A stretch of DNA of 64,000 nucleotides from an uncultured delta proteobacterium. GTDB lineage: Bacteria > Desulfobacterota > RBG-13-43-22. A program made the translations under genes and the position numbers. Shown here piece by piece: positions 19,766-30,136 of this stretch; positions within the stretch are counted from its first letter, which is position 1, and the number at the start of each line of letters is the position of its first letter. The stretch spans positions 132,813 to 196,812 of the forward strand of contig CAVUPH010000020.1 of the NCBI GenBank assembly GCA_963743305.1, written 5' to 3'. The notes beneath the pieces are model-generated. The model made no database searches, was not told the origin of the DNA, and saw only the letters and a list, made by a program, of their open reading frames with translations.

Positions 19766-20090
19766 CGACGCTTCGCCCTTTTTTTGGGCTAGATACCTCC
19801 GCCTATCCGGTCCGACCGACGGGTCTCGGCGAATGGGTTTTCCCAAGGTACTCCGGGCTTCGAATCCGGGCCTAATTTACTAATCTTGTATGAAGCAGGC
19901 CCGAACCCGGAGGCCTTTGACGCCTTTCAGGCCAGCCCTGCCTGTAGACAGATTTGAAAACCCGGGGGCCGGGTTAGACCCTGAAAAGAAATAGGGAAAA
20001 CCCTTCCGCCGAGACCCGTCGGCCACGGAGGCCAGAATTTAGGTTAATCTACCCTGCATTGTGGCCAGCCACCCAAAAGCGCAAACGACC
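19766..20090. mobile_element. Structured ~330-nt dispersed element, copy 1 (left end missing)
   Basis: Homologous to 31821-32149; 29-bp stem 19816-19844/19994-20022. Confidence 0.75.
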
Positions 20091-20160
20091 ATATTTTCTT
20101 GACCGGACCGAGTCAATCCTTTATATCCTAATTCACCTTAGAATGAGAATCAGGTTTTTG

Positions 20161-20904
20161 ATGAAAATATTCTTTTATTATGTCATCTTTCCTCTCTACC
20201 GGCCTTTTTACTTAGTTGCGGTGATTATCGACACCCTGCTGCTCGGCCTTCTGATTATTATTCTTTCACCTTTGGACCCCTCGGGGAATTTTGTCCATTA
20301 TATAGGAAAGTTTTGGTCCAGGCTGAATATTTATCTGGGGTTCTGCCGGGTGAGGGTTCGGGGGAAGGAGTATATAGACCCTGAAAAAGCGTATATCGTC
20401 ATGTCTAATCACCAGAGCTTTTTCGATGTTTGCGCCTTGATCGCCTATCTTCCCCTGCAATTACGCTGGGTGGTCAAAGCTGAAATTCGAAAAATGCCGG
20501 TGTTTGGCTATGCCTTGCAGCGTATGGGCCATATTTATGTCGATCGGGCTCGGGGAGAAAGTATCCGCCTGAGCATCGAAAAGGCGACCCACAGCGTTAA
20601 GGGAAAAACCTCGGTGGCCTTTTTCCCGGAAGGGACGCGCAGCCAGGACGGGAAGCTCTTAAAATTCCGGAAGGGCGGCTTTATCCTGGCCCAGAAATCC
20701 GGTTGTCCGATTTTGCCCATCACCATCAATGGTTCCCGCTTCATGCTGCCGAAAGATACCCTGGATTGGCTGCCCGGTAAAATCGAGATCCGTATTCATC
20801 AGCCCCTTGAGCGTCCCAGCGCCCTGACTTTGGACGATAGCCTGCTGGCGGTGGAGAAGGCGATCCGGGAGGGACTGGATTTGGATTACGGCCGGCGGAG
20901 CTGA
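20161..20904 (+). CDS. PlsC-like lysophospholipid acyltransferase
   Basis: NHQSFFD and FFPEGTRS motifs. Confidence 0.9.
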   Translation: MKIFFYYVIFPLYRPFYLVAVIIDTLLLGLLIIILSPLDPSGNFVHYIGKFWSRLNIYLGFCRVRVRGKEYIDPEKAYIVMSNHQSFFDVCALIAYLPLQLRWVVKAEIRKMPVFGYALQRMGHIYVDRARGESIRLSIEKATHSVKGKTSVAFFPEGTRSQDGKLLKFRKGGFILAQKSGCPILPITINGSRFMLPKDTLDWLPGKIEIRIHQPLERPSALTLDDSLLAVEKAIREGLDLDYGRRS

Positions 20905-20927
20905 AACGTGCTGAAACCTTAAATAAA

Positions 20928-21822
20928 ATGCGATCCCATCCCTTTGACCATTACTTGGCCTATCAAGCCATTATTCAAACGGTGAAACGGATACCGCTGC
21001 CGTTGGCCTATAGTCTGGCCCGGGGCCTGGCCTCCTTTTTCTTCCTTTTGTTACCTGCTGATCGCCGGAATCTAATCGCCAATTTGACGGTGGTTTTTGG
21101 GGGGGACACCGCCAAGGCCCGTAAGACCTGCCTCAAGCTTTTTCAGAACTATGGCCAGTATCTTATTGATTATTTTTTGTTACCGAAACTTTCGTTTGAA
21201 AAGCTGAAAGATTTTTATTCCCCTCAAATTGGAGAGGCTTATTTACACAGCGCCATTCAAAACGGCAGAGGGGCCTTGCTGCTGACCGGCCATTTGGGCA
21301 ACTGGGAAATGGGAGGGGTACTTCTGCGATTCATGAATTACCCCCTGAATATTGTCACCCTTCCCCATAACACGCAACGGGCCAATGACTTGATCAAAGG
21401 CCTGCGACAGGAAAAACAGATCCGGACGATTGAATTGGGAGGGTCTCCACTGGGTCCCCTGAACATTCTGGCGGCTCTTAAAAGAAATGAGGTGGTCGCC
21501 CTGCTGGCGGACAAGGTTTTCTGGGGTAAGTGCGCCGAAGTCGCTTTTTTCGGGCATAGAGTGGCTTTTCCTTTGGGTCCATATTTGCTGGCCCAGGCCA
21601 GCGGGGCCGCCGTGCTTCCGGTTTTCATGCTCCGGAACCCGAATGGCCGCTATCAGGGATTTATAGAACCGCCTCTGACGATTGGAACCGACGCGGAAGA
21701 AACTGACCCTGCGGGGGGCGTTGGGGCAATTCGTCGGTCTTTTTGAACGGTACATCCGGCGTTATCCCGACCAATGGTACAATGCCGATCGGCTTTTCCC
21801 GGAGGCCGAAGGACGTTTCTAA
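20928..21822 (+). CDS. LpxL/PatA-family lipid acyltransferase (frameshift ~21710)
   Basis: HLGNWE, LLAD and FFG motifs; YPDQWY in the shifted frame. Confidence 0.85.
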
Positions 21823-21839
21823 ATTCTGGGGAGGTTGCC

Positions 21840-23141
21840 ATGAGTAGGAAAATTCTAATAATTATGCCCCGCTGGTCGGAAAAAAGCCTCTGGGGCGTCA
21901 TGGGTATAAAGTTTCCCTACTTGTCGTTGACCACCTTAGCCGCCCTGACTCCCCCGGATATTGAGGTCCGGATCATGGACGAGAACGTGGAACCCATTGA
22001 TTTTGATTACCGTCCTGATTTGGTGGGGATCTCTCTGATGACGCCCCTGGCCCTCAGGGGGTACGAAATCGCCGATCAATTTCGCACTCGGGGGGTCCCG
22101 GTAGTGGTGGGAGGGGTACACGCCACGATGTTGCCGGAAGAGGCGGCGGAGCATGCCGATGCCGTGGTTATCGGCGAAGGGGAAATCCTTTGGCCTGAGG
22201 TGCTGGCCGATTTTAGTAAAGGGGATCTTAAGAAATATTACCTGACCGATCGTCGGGCCCCCTTGAATGCTCTTCCCCTGCCGCGCCGGGATTTGCTGAG
22301 GCGGGGGGCCTACCTTTTCCAAAACACCCTGCAGACCACCCGAGGTTGTCCCAATGACTGTGATTTTTGCTCGGTAACCACCTTTTACGGCAACACCTAC
22401 CGTTTTCGACCGGTGGCTGAGGTGCTCAAGGAGATCGGGGCGCTTAAGGGCAACTTGATTTTTTTTGTCGATGACAATATTATCGGAAGCAGAACCTATG
22501 CCCAGGAACTATTTGAAGGGCTTAAACCGTTAAAAAAACGTTGGGTCAGTCAGGCTACTTTGAACATCTCCCGGGAAGAAAAATTGCTGGCCCTGGCCCG
22601 GGACAGTGGCTGTCTGGGATTGTTCGTGGGCTTTGAATCTTTATCCCAGGAGATCTTAAATGGGTTGGGCAAGTCCTTTTACCGGGTGGCGCAGTATGAA
22701 GCGGCTATCCGCCGCCTCCATGATTACGGTATCGGGATACAGGGGTCCTTTATTTTCGGGAATGACAACGACCCGCCGGACATTTTTTCCCGGGTGGTTC
22801 GGTTTTGCAACCGGAACCGGCTGGAGGCCGTGCTTTTTTCATTATTAACGCCCTTCCCGGGCACCCGGATTTTTCACCAATTGCTTAAAGAGAACCGGAT
22901 TCTCCATTTCGATTGGGAAAAATATGATATGAACCATGTGGTCTTTCGGCCCCAAGGGATGGATGCGGAAGCCCTGGAAAAAGGTTTTTTCGAGGCCTAT
23001 AAAAAAGTCTATTCGAGCGCTTCTTTGTTAAAACGATTGTTAAAGCCGGCCAAAAGTCTCTTGCTGTTCGGGCCCATGAACTTATCCATGCGGCAGTCCT
23101 GGAAAAGGATAAGACGCCAGGAAGGGTTGGATCGGACTTGA
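21840..23141 (+). CDS. B12-binding domain radical SAM protein
   Basis: VVGGVHAT, VVIGEGE, RGCPNDCDFC, FVDDN, GFES and TPFPGT motifs. Confidence 0.92.
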   Translation: MSRKILIIMPRWSEKSLWGVMGIKFPYLSLTTLAALTPPDIEVRIMDENVEPIDFDYRPDLVGISLMTPLALRGYEIADQFRTRGVPVVVGGVHATMLPEEAAEHADAVVIGEGEILWPEVLADFSKGDLKKYYLTDRRAPLNALPLPRRDLLRRGAYLFQNTLQTTRGCPNDCDFCSVTTFYGNTYRFRPVAEVLKEIGALKGNLIFFVDDNIIGSRTYAQELFEGLKPLKKRWVSQATLNISREEKLLALARDSGCLGLFVGFESLSQEILNGLGKSFYRVAQYEAAIRRLHDYGIGIQGSFIFGNDNDPPDIFSRVVRFCNRNRLEAVLFSLLTPFPGTRIFHQLLKENRILHFDWEKYDMNHVVFRPQGMDAEALEKGFFEAYKKVYSSASLLKRLLKPAKSLLLFGPMNLSMRQSWKRIRRQEGLDRT

Positions 23142-24193
23142 ACCCCTTTCGTCTCTTTAAAAAAAGAAACCTCTCCTCGAAACTTCATCCGGGGCAGTGC
23201 CTGGGTATTCCCCGGGGGATGATGTTTTACCACTTTTTTCCTCTTTGGAAGACATTTTGGAAAAATTTAGGCTTCCCGGTTTTGGTTTCTCCGGTTTCCA
23301 CTCCCGAAATGGTGGAAGCCGGCCAGGGGTTGACCCGGAGCGACCTCTGTCTGCCGATTAAAACCTATTTAGGCCATGTGCTCTGGTTGCGGGAAAAGGT
23401 GGACGCCCTTTTTCTCCCCCGACTGGTCAGTATCGAAGCCGGGGCCTATCTCTGCCCCAAGATTTTGGGTCTGAACGACGTGATCCGCAACGTGATCCCC
23501 GACCTGCCTCCCATCCTGGGGCCGATGGTCAACTACAAAGGCCCCCGGCGGGTCACCTTGGAAGAATCCTTTCTCTCTTTGTCGGCGGATCTGGGGTTGC
23601 CGGTTCGACGAATCAAGGAAGCCTATGCGGGGGCCTTTGAATTTTGGCAGAGGCATCAGAAAGAAGTGGGCGAGGCGCAGGGAATTCCCCGGGATCTCCT
23701 TCCGGAGGATCTGAGGGGAGATCTGGTTCGGTCCCCGGCGGAAGTCCCCAGGTTTCGACTGGGCGTGATCGGCCGGCCGTATCTGCTTTTTGATCCGGTA
23801 CTCAGCCACCGATTGATAAAAAGATTGGTCTCCTATTCCTGCGGGATAACTTTTTATGAGGGAATCCCGGCGGCCGAGCGGGAGGCCCAGGCCGGACACT
23901 TGTCCAAGCCGGTGTACTGGAGTCTGGGCCGGGAGCTGGTGGCGGCCTCATTATCCTTCAGCCGCTGGGAAAGGATCGACGGGTTGATCAACGTTTCTTC
24001 TTTTGCCTGCGGCCAGGACGCCTTTACTTCTTATCTCATCGATCATTATGCCCGCCTGGGTTCCGATAAGCCGGTCTTATCCCTGGTCCTGGACGAGCAT
24101 ACCTCCGCCGTGGGCCTCCAGACAAGGCTGGAAGCTTTTTTCGATCTATTGGAAAACCGCGCCCGGAAAGGGGAGGAGGTCTCCTGCATCTGA
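23138..24193 (+). CDS. DUF2229 / acyl-CoA dehydratase activase-related protein (PlsA reductase-domain-like)
   Basis: GIPRG, CLPIK..GHV, CPK, SFACGQD and DEHT..GLQTRLEAF motifs. Confidence 0.8.
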   Translation: MNPFRLFKKRNLSSKLHPGQCLGIPRGMMFYHFFPLWKTFWKNLGFPVLVSPVSTPEMVEAGQGLTRSDLCLPIKTYLGHVLWLREKVDALFLPRLVSIEAGAYLCPKILGLNDVIRNVIPDLPPILGPMVNYKGPRRVTLEESFLSLSADLGLPVRRIKEAYAGAFEFWQRHQKEVGEAQGIPRDLLPEDLRGDLVRSPAEVPRFRLGVIGRPYLLFDPVLSHRLIKRLVSYSCGITFYEGIPAAEREAQAGHLSKPVYWSLGRELVAASLSFSRWERIDGLINVSSFACGQDAFTSYLIDHYARLGSDKPVLSLVLDEHTSAVGLQTRLEAFFDLLENRARKGEEVSCI

Positions 24194-25275
24194 GCATTCC
24201 CCATATGGGGCTCCTTTATGTGGGTTATGCCAAAGTTCTGGAAAGTTACGGAGTGCAACTGATCGTTCCGCCCCGGCCCAATCAGGAGGCATTGCAACTG
24301 GGGACCAAGTATTCTCCGGAATGCGCCTGTCTGCCCTTTAAGCAAAACCTGGGGAATATGATCCAGGCCCTGGAACGAGGGGCCACCGATATCCTCATGC
24401 CCGGGGGTTTCGGCCCCTGCCGCTTCGGCTATTACGCGGTAATCCAGGAAATGATCCTGCGCCAGTTGGGATTTTCCTTTCGCATGGCCCGGGCCGACGA
24501 CCCGGACAGCCTGCAGGACATGGTAGCCACGATTAAAGCCATCAGCGGTATCCGGTCCAAGCGGGAAGCCTACCGGATGTTTTTTTTCATCCTGGAGAAG
24601 TTGGCCGCTCTCGATCATGCGCAGAAGAAATATCTGGAGATCAAACCCCTGGAAGAGGTCCGCGGGGCCGCCGATCGGGTTTTGGAAGAATCCGTTCAAC
24701 AGATTGACGGCTGTCTGACCTATCCCCAACTCTTGGCCGCCTGGTTAAGAATCCGACGTCGATTTGCCGCTATCCCTCGGAAACGGAGGAAATTACTGAA
24801 GGTCGGTTTGGTGGGGGAGATCTTCATGCTCCTGGACCCTTTCAGCAACATGAACATCGAGGAAAAATTATCCGGGATGGGGGTTCGGCTTTCCAAGTCG
24901 GTCTGGCTCAGCGACTGGTTGAATGACCGCTTCCGCTTCCGGCCCTTTCGCCGCAATCAGTTTCAACTGGCCTGGAAAAGGGCGCTCGATTATATGGAGT
25001 TTCCGGCCGGGGGGGAGAGCATCAAATCCGTGGGCAAGACCCTGCAGTATGCCCGGCGGGGGTATGACGGGATCATCCATCTCATGCCCTTTACCTGCAT
25101 GCCGGAACTGGTGGCCCAGACCGTTATCGCCCGCATCAGCCGGGATTACCGCCTACCGGTTTTGACCCTGATCTACGATGAACACACCTCTTCCACCGGA
25201 CTCCAGACCCGGCTGGAGGCCTTCATCGATCTTCTCTTCCAAAAGCGCCACGGTCGGAACCCCGTCGGGGCTTAG
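24184..25275 (+). CDS. 2-hydroxyacyl-CoA dehydratase-like 'CoA protein activase' (PlsR-like)
   Basis: PHMG, PECACLPFK, GPCRFGYY, VGEIF, PFTCMPE and DEHT..TRLEAF; start either CTG 24184 or ATG 24205. Confidence 0.8.
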   Translation: MHLSIPHMGLLYVGYAKVLESYGVQLIVPPRPNQEALQLGTKYSPECACLPFKQNLGNMIQALERGATDILMPGGFGPCRFGYYAVIQEMILRQLGFSFRMARADDPDSLQDMVATIKAISGIRSKREAYRMFFFILEKLAALDHAQKKYLEIKPLEEVRGAADRVLEESVQQIDGCLTYPQLLAAWLRIRRRFAAIPRKRRKLLKVGLVGEIFMLLDPFSNMNIEEKLSGMGVRLSKSVWLSDWLNDRFRFRPFRRNQFQLAWKRALDYMEFPAGGESIKSVGKTLQYARRGYDGIIHLMPFTCMPELVAQTVIARISRDYRLPVLTLIYDEHTSSTGLQTRLEAFIDLLFQKRHGRNPVGA

Positions 25276-25370
25276 AAACCTCCGTCTTCAGCCACCGCCA
25301 GGAAGTGAGCGGTTATTCTCCGGAACGGTTCCGCAGTGAACCATGGCCCGATCTCCAGCCCAACCCACCC

Positions 25371-25826
25371 TCAACCCTTTTTAGGCGGGGTCTGGATAAT
25401 CAGTACCGGTCGCGAGGTCAGCTTCAGAACCCTTTCGGTGACTGAACCGAATACCAATCGCTTCAAACCGGTTTGTCCTTGGGTGGCGATGACAATCAGG
25501 TCGACCGCTTTCTTGTCCGCCAGATCCACGATCTGGAGGGCCGCTTGCCCGGTGAGGGTCAAAGGGCGGACTTTGACTTTGGCGGGAACAACCTTGGCGA
25601 CCAGTTCCTTCAGTTGCCTCTTGGAACCGCTTTCCGCCTCGTCCAGGTATTGCCGGAGGTAGTTCAGCGGGAAGGTGTCCGCCGCCGAGATCGTCGGGAT
25701 GGGCTCCACTACGTTAACCACCAGTAATTCCGAAGAATAATCCAAAGCCATATCGGCGGCCACCTTCAGGGCTCTTGCCGCCGGGGCGCTGAAATCCGTG
25801 GGGCAAAGGATTTTTTTGAATTTCAT
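25371..25826 (-). CDS. Universal stress protein
   Basis: KKILCPTDFS; DLIVIATQG...FGSVTERV. Confidence 0.92.
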   Translation of the reverse strand: MKFKKILCPTDFSAPAARALKVAADMALDYSSELLVVNVVEPIPTISAADTFPLNYLRQYLDEAESGSKRQLKELVAKVVPAKVKVRPLTLTGQAALQIVDLADKKAVDLIVIATQGQTGLKRLVFGSVTERVLKLTSRPVLIIQTPPKKG

Positions 25827-25932
25827 GAGTTTCTCCCTTCCTTTTAAAAAGATTTAAAAGAGCGTTTTTTATGTTAGATTCTAAATAAATTATAGCATAC
25901 TGACCCGGTACGTCAAAATAAAGGAGGGAAAA

Positions 25933-26250
25933 ATGAAAAAGATCAATTTGTATCAGGCCAATGATTTTGGAGAACTGTCCTTGAAACGGCTGCTGGTCCA
26001 CGAGTCTCCGTATTTCAAAATCCTGAATTTTAATTTCAAGGCCGGCCAGTTTTTGCCGGTCCATGCCCACGATATCGAGGGGCAGGTCTGTCTGGTCGTC
26101 CTGGAGGGGTCTGGAAAATTCTTAGGCAAAGACAACACGGAGATGGCGGCGGAAAAGGGGGACGTGCTGATCTGCGATATCAGCGAGCCCCATGGTCTGG
26201 CGGCCGATACGGACTTGCGGTTGCTGGTCACCATCGCCCCCCCCATTTGA
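25933..26250 (+). CDS. Cupin domain protein
   Basis: PVHAH...VLEGSG...EPHG. Confidence 0.85.
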   Translation: MKKINLYQANDFGELSLKRLLVHESPYFKILNFNFKAGQFLPVHAHDIEGQVCLVVLEGSGKFLGKDNTEMAAEKGDVLICDISEPHGLAADTDLRLLVTIAPPI

Positions 26251-26324
26251 TGAGCCGTATTTATTAGATTAGATTCTTGCTTCCATTGTTAGAGACAATT
26301 TTCCAGAACAATGGAGGCAAGAAT

Positions 26325-26669
26325 CTAATTGCAGGCCCCTTCGTAGTTCGACGAAAGCTGATCGTTGGTCAGTTGCCAACAACCGCCCACTTTTTCGAAT
26401 TTCAGGGTGACCTGGGCCTTGATGCATTGATTATAGCCGGTTCCGCAATTCCAGATGCAGGTCCTGGCCCGATGGTCACCGGAACTAAAGTCAATGATGT
26501 TGCTGGTATCCAGGCAGACCAGGTTTTCGCAGTCGAAACTATAGCGGACTATTTTTTCGCTATTTTTGGAGTCATGGCTGCCTCCGGTCGAACTGGTGGA
26601 ACAACCGTAAAGGAAAACCAGACAGATTAAGGCCGCGGTTAAACTGCACCATTTTAAGCGAACGGACAC
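26325..26669 (-). CDS. Hypothetical Cys-rich lipoprotein
   Basis: Signal peptide with lipobox LYGC; 7 further Cys; AAGGAG RBS. Confidence 0.6.
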   Translation of the reverse strand: MSVRLKWCSLTAALICLVFLYGCSTSSTGGSHDSKNSEKIVRYSFDCENLVCLDTSNIIDFSSGDHRARTCIWNCGTGYNQCIKAQVTLKFEKVGGCWQLTNDQLSSNYEGACN

Positions 26670-26868
26670 TTTCTTGCTCCTTTCTGGGGGGGGTGAAAAG
26701 CCATCAACGGTTCCGGATTTATGACCCGTGCGTTATAGGTAAATTTCGGCGATTATAGCACAAACTTTAGAAAATCGTCCACAATCTGCATAATTTTCCG
26801 TATTGAAGAAATATTTTCCGGCTTCTCCTTTGATCCACTAATTCCCATCTGCTCTAAAAAATATATGA

Positions 26869-26912
26869 TATCAGATGGTTGTGTGATGAAAAGATCCTGG
26901 CATGGTTTTTGG
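26869..26912 (+). promoter_or_regulatory. IHF-like site plus near-consensus sigma54 -24/-12 promoter
   Basis: TATCAGATGGTTG (26869-26881); TGGCATG-N4-TTGG (26898-26912). Confidence 0.45.
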
Positions 26913-27005
26913 AAATAAACAGATTGCCGGTCAAGGATTATGTCCGGATGGCTGTTTCGGACATGGGAATCCGGGAAAAGACCAGGGCGGGAAAGGAGAA
27001 AAGGA

Positions 27006-27566
27006 ATGGTAGTAAATGCGCAGAGTATCGGCCAGACCCTGATGAACGTTTTTAGGCCCGATCAGGCTCAAGGTCTGCAGGCCGGGGAGACACCGGGAGG
27101 GAGTGAGGGGATCCCGGCGGGTAAAACCGGGAGTTCCTTTCAGGACATTTTTCAATTGATCGACGCCAATACGGATCTCAAACTGGGGACGGACGAATTA
27201 ACCATTATGTCCCATCTGTTTACGGAAGGGATGGTCTTGACGAAAGATGTGGATGGCGATGGGGCCTTGAGCGCTGAAGAAGCGGGCGTCCCGGCCAACC
27301 TGGTGACCGATGTGGATACCAACGGAGATAATCTAATTGACGGCAGGGAATTGGGTTCCCTGACCGATGATCTGCTGGGGGGCATTATCCAGGTCTTGGA
27401 TAAAGATCAGGATAAGGCTTTGAGCGTCAAGGAACTGGCCGCGCTGTTCTTTCTTTTCGGCTCCCCGAATGCTACCCCGCCGGTCGAACCGGTGGAAGGT
27501 GAGGGGGAAGGCGCCGTGGAAGGGGTGGAGCAGACCGCTGAACGTCAACCCTTAAGGAAAGTATAG
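27006..27566 (+). CDS. EF-hand domain protein
   Basis: Four loops: DANTDLKL, DVDGDGALSAEE, DTNGDNLIDGRE, DKDQDKALSVKE. Confidence 0.8.
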   Translation: MVVNAQSIGQTLMNVFRPDQAQGLQAGETPGGSEGIPAGKTGSSFQDIFQLIDANTDLKLGTDELTIMSHLFTEGMVLTKDVDGDGALSAEEAGVPANLVTDVDTNGDNLIDGRELGSLTDDLLGGIIQVLDKDQDKALSVKELAALFFLFGSPNATPPVEPVEGEGEGAVEGVEQTAERQPLRKV

Positions 27567-27595
27567 TGGCTGGCATATTCTACCAGAATTTTGCC

Positions 27596-27630
27596 TTCGA
27601 ATTTGTTTCGGATTTCGGGTTTCAAATTTC
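27596..27630. repeat. Reverse-orientation 7-nt-period tract related to 11363
   Basis: ttcgaatttgtttcggatttcgggtttcaaatttc. Confidence 0.55.
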
Positions 27631-27662
27631 TAACCAAAAATTCAAATAGTTTTGGTTAGTCC

Positions 27663-30133
27663 TTATAACTTAACCACCGGGATCAGTCGGGCCTGTTGAT
27701 CCGAAAGGAGAAAAATACTTTTTAACAGCCATTCCGGCCGGGCTTCGGGGCCCGGCCCGTCGGCTAAAATCCAGTGAATTTCAGTTTGGTTGTCAGCCAA
27801 AGGGGTCAGCCGGATTTCTTTAATCAGCGGCCTCAGGTCGATGATCCCTTCCCTTTTGCCGGAGCGTTGAATCGGCCAGGATTCGGCTGCCAGAAAAAGC
27901 TGCCAGGAACCTTCCTGTAAATTCCCGGTGTCTATCCGGGCTTGGTAGGACCGTCGTTCTTCTTTAGGAAAAGGAAGATTCAGCGCTACTTCCCGGACTT
28001 CGACCAGGTCGGTTCCGGGAAAAAAATTCCCGACCAGGCGCCGCTCCACTTCTTTGATTCCCATCGATCCCTGACACTGCACATCCACCCACTCCCCCAT
28101 GCTGCTCAATCCCACCGGCAGTGCCGGTCCAAAGGAGATTTTGGGCAGGGGGTGGAAGCCCTGAGAAAAAACCAGGGGCAGGCCGGCCCGTCTAAAGGCA
28201 CGGATCAAGGCCTCCTTCCATTCCAGGTGGCCCAAAAGACGGGCCGGTCCGGTTTTGGAAAGGCGGAGACGGAATTTCTTAATGTCCGGCGGGGCGGACG
28301 CCGCCGGTCCATTTAATTTCGGGGGAGTGAAATGATCGAAAACAATGGGTTTCACCTTGCGGTCCGGGCAAACCCCGCATTGCCGGCAGTCTCCCTGGCG
28401 GCAGTCCGGGGTTAGGTCTCCGCTTAACCCGCGCTGATATTCCTCCCAGAGAACCCTTCGCTGCACACCGGTTTCGATGAAGTCCCAGGGGAAAATAGTT
28501 TCCTGACTGTGGACACCAAATAAAGATCGAACATCGTAGCCGGTTTCTTCCAAGGCCTGCTCCCAGGCCGGCCAGTTAAAATAATCACCCCAGGCATCCA
28601 AGCGGGCGCCGTTTCGATAGGCCCGCTCGATCGTCCGTCCCAGGCGTCGATCCCCGCGGGAACACAATCCCTCCAAAAGGCTTTGACGGGGATCGTTCCA
28701 TCTCACCTGGATGGTTTTGCCCCGCAGGGCCTTCTGGATAAAGGCGATCCGTTTCCGGCTCTCTTCCCGGTCAATTGGGCCGCCCATTGAAAAGGAGTGT
28801 GCGGTTTGGGGATAAAGGTGGAAATCCCCAGGTTGATTTGCGGACGGGGAGTGACGGTTCGGGCGGCTTTCTGAATTTTTTTTACCAGGTCGACCAGGCC
28901 CTGAAGGTCCTCCTGAGTCTCGGTGGGCAGGCCGATCATAAAATAAAGCTTCAATACCCGCCAGCCGGCCTTGAACACCGCTTGAACCGTATTCAGGATG
29001 TCGGGTTCGCTGATATTCTTGTTGATCACGTCCCGCAACCGCTGGGTCCCGGCTTCGGGGGCCAGGGTGAAGCCGGTTTTTCGAACCCGCGAGATTTGGT
29101 CGATCATTTTGGGGCTCAAGGTGTCCACCCGCAGGGAGGGAAGGGAAAAGGCCACCCGTTCAGGTTCCCAGCGCTCCATCAGGGCCGGGAGGAGTTGATC
29201 CAGGCAGCCGTAGTCGCCGCTGCTTAAGGAGAGGAGTGTGGCTTCATCATACCCGCTTCGGGATAAGCCCTTTTCAAAAAGCTGCCAGACTTTTTCCGGC
29301 GACCGTTCCCGTACCGGCCGATAGATGATCCCGGCCTGACAGAAGCGGCAGCCCCGGGTGCAGCCCCGGGTGATCTCGACGCTCAAACGGTCGTGAATGA
29401 CACGGTGGTAGGGCAGGGGGCTGACTTCCGGGTAACCCACCTGATTGATATCGGCCACCAGACGTTTGCGGATTCGATTTTCGGCTTGCGGCGGATGATC
29501 CGGCTCCAGGGCCTGGACCGCCGGAGCATAGACCCCCTCCAGTCCGGCCAGGGCCTGAAGGATTTCCGGTCGTCCGGATCCGCCGGCCTTCCAGGATAAC
29601 CAGGTGTCACAGATTTCTTCGATGACCTCCTCTCCGTCGCCAATGACCAGCAGGTCAAAAAAATCAGCCAGTGGTTCGGGATTAAAAACGCAAGGTCCTC
29701 CGGCGATCACCAGCGGATGTTCAACGGTCCGATCCCGGGACCTGAGCGGGAGGCCGCCTAAGGCCAGCATCTGCAGGACATTGGTATAGCCCAGTTCATA
29801 GGGGAGGCTGAAACCGATCAGGTCAAAATCCTTCAAGGGGGTGCCTGATTCCAGGGAGCTCAGGGGCAGGGAGCGCTCCTCCAAAATCCGGGAAAGATCA
29901 GGCGCCGGGGCAAAAAAACGCTCCGCCCAAACCTCCGGGCGGGTGTTGAGGAGATGGTAGAGGATTTTAATCCCCAAGTGCGACATGCCCACTTCATACA
30001 AGTCGGGAAAGGCCAGGGCAAAACGCAACCGGACATTTTTAAGATCCTTGTGAGCCGAGAAAAGCTCCTGTCCCAAGTAGCGGCTGGGTTTTTGGACCTC
30101 CGGGAGAAGGTCCGCCAGCGAACAGGGATCCAT
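27663..30133 (-). CDS. TIGR03960-type radical SAM protein fused to TIGR03936-type radical SAM-linked domain (frameshift ~28790)
   Basis: FPDLYEVGMSHLG, RGCTRGCRFC and PKPHTPFQW; C-terminal FSQGFHPLPKISFGPALPVG. Confidence 0.88.
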
Positions 30134-30136
30134 GAA

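Noticed and set aside
19766-20090. 6S RNA, RNase P RNA, tmRNA or SRP RNA identity for the structured element
   Set aside because: It lacks their conserved motifs and occurs in two divergent copies, one with a target-like duplication.
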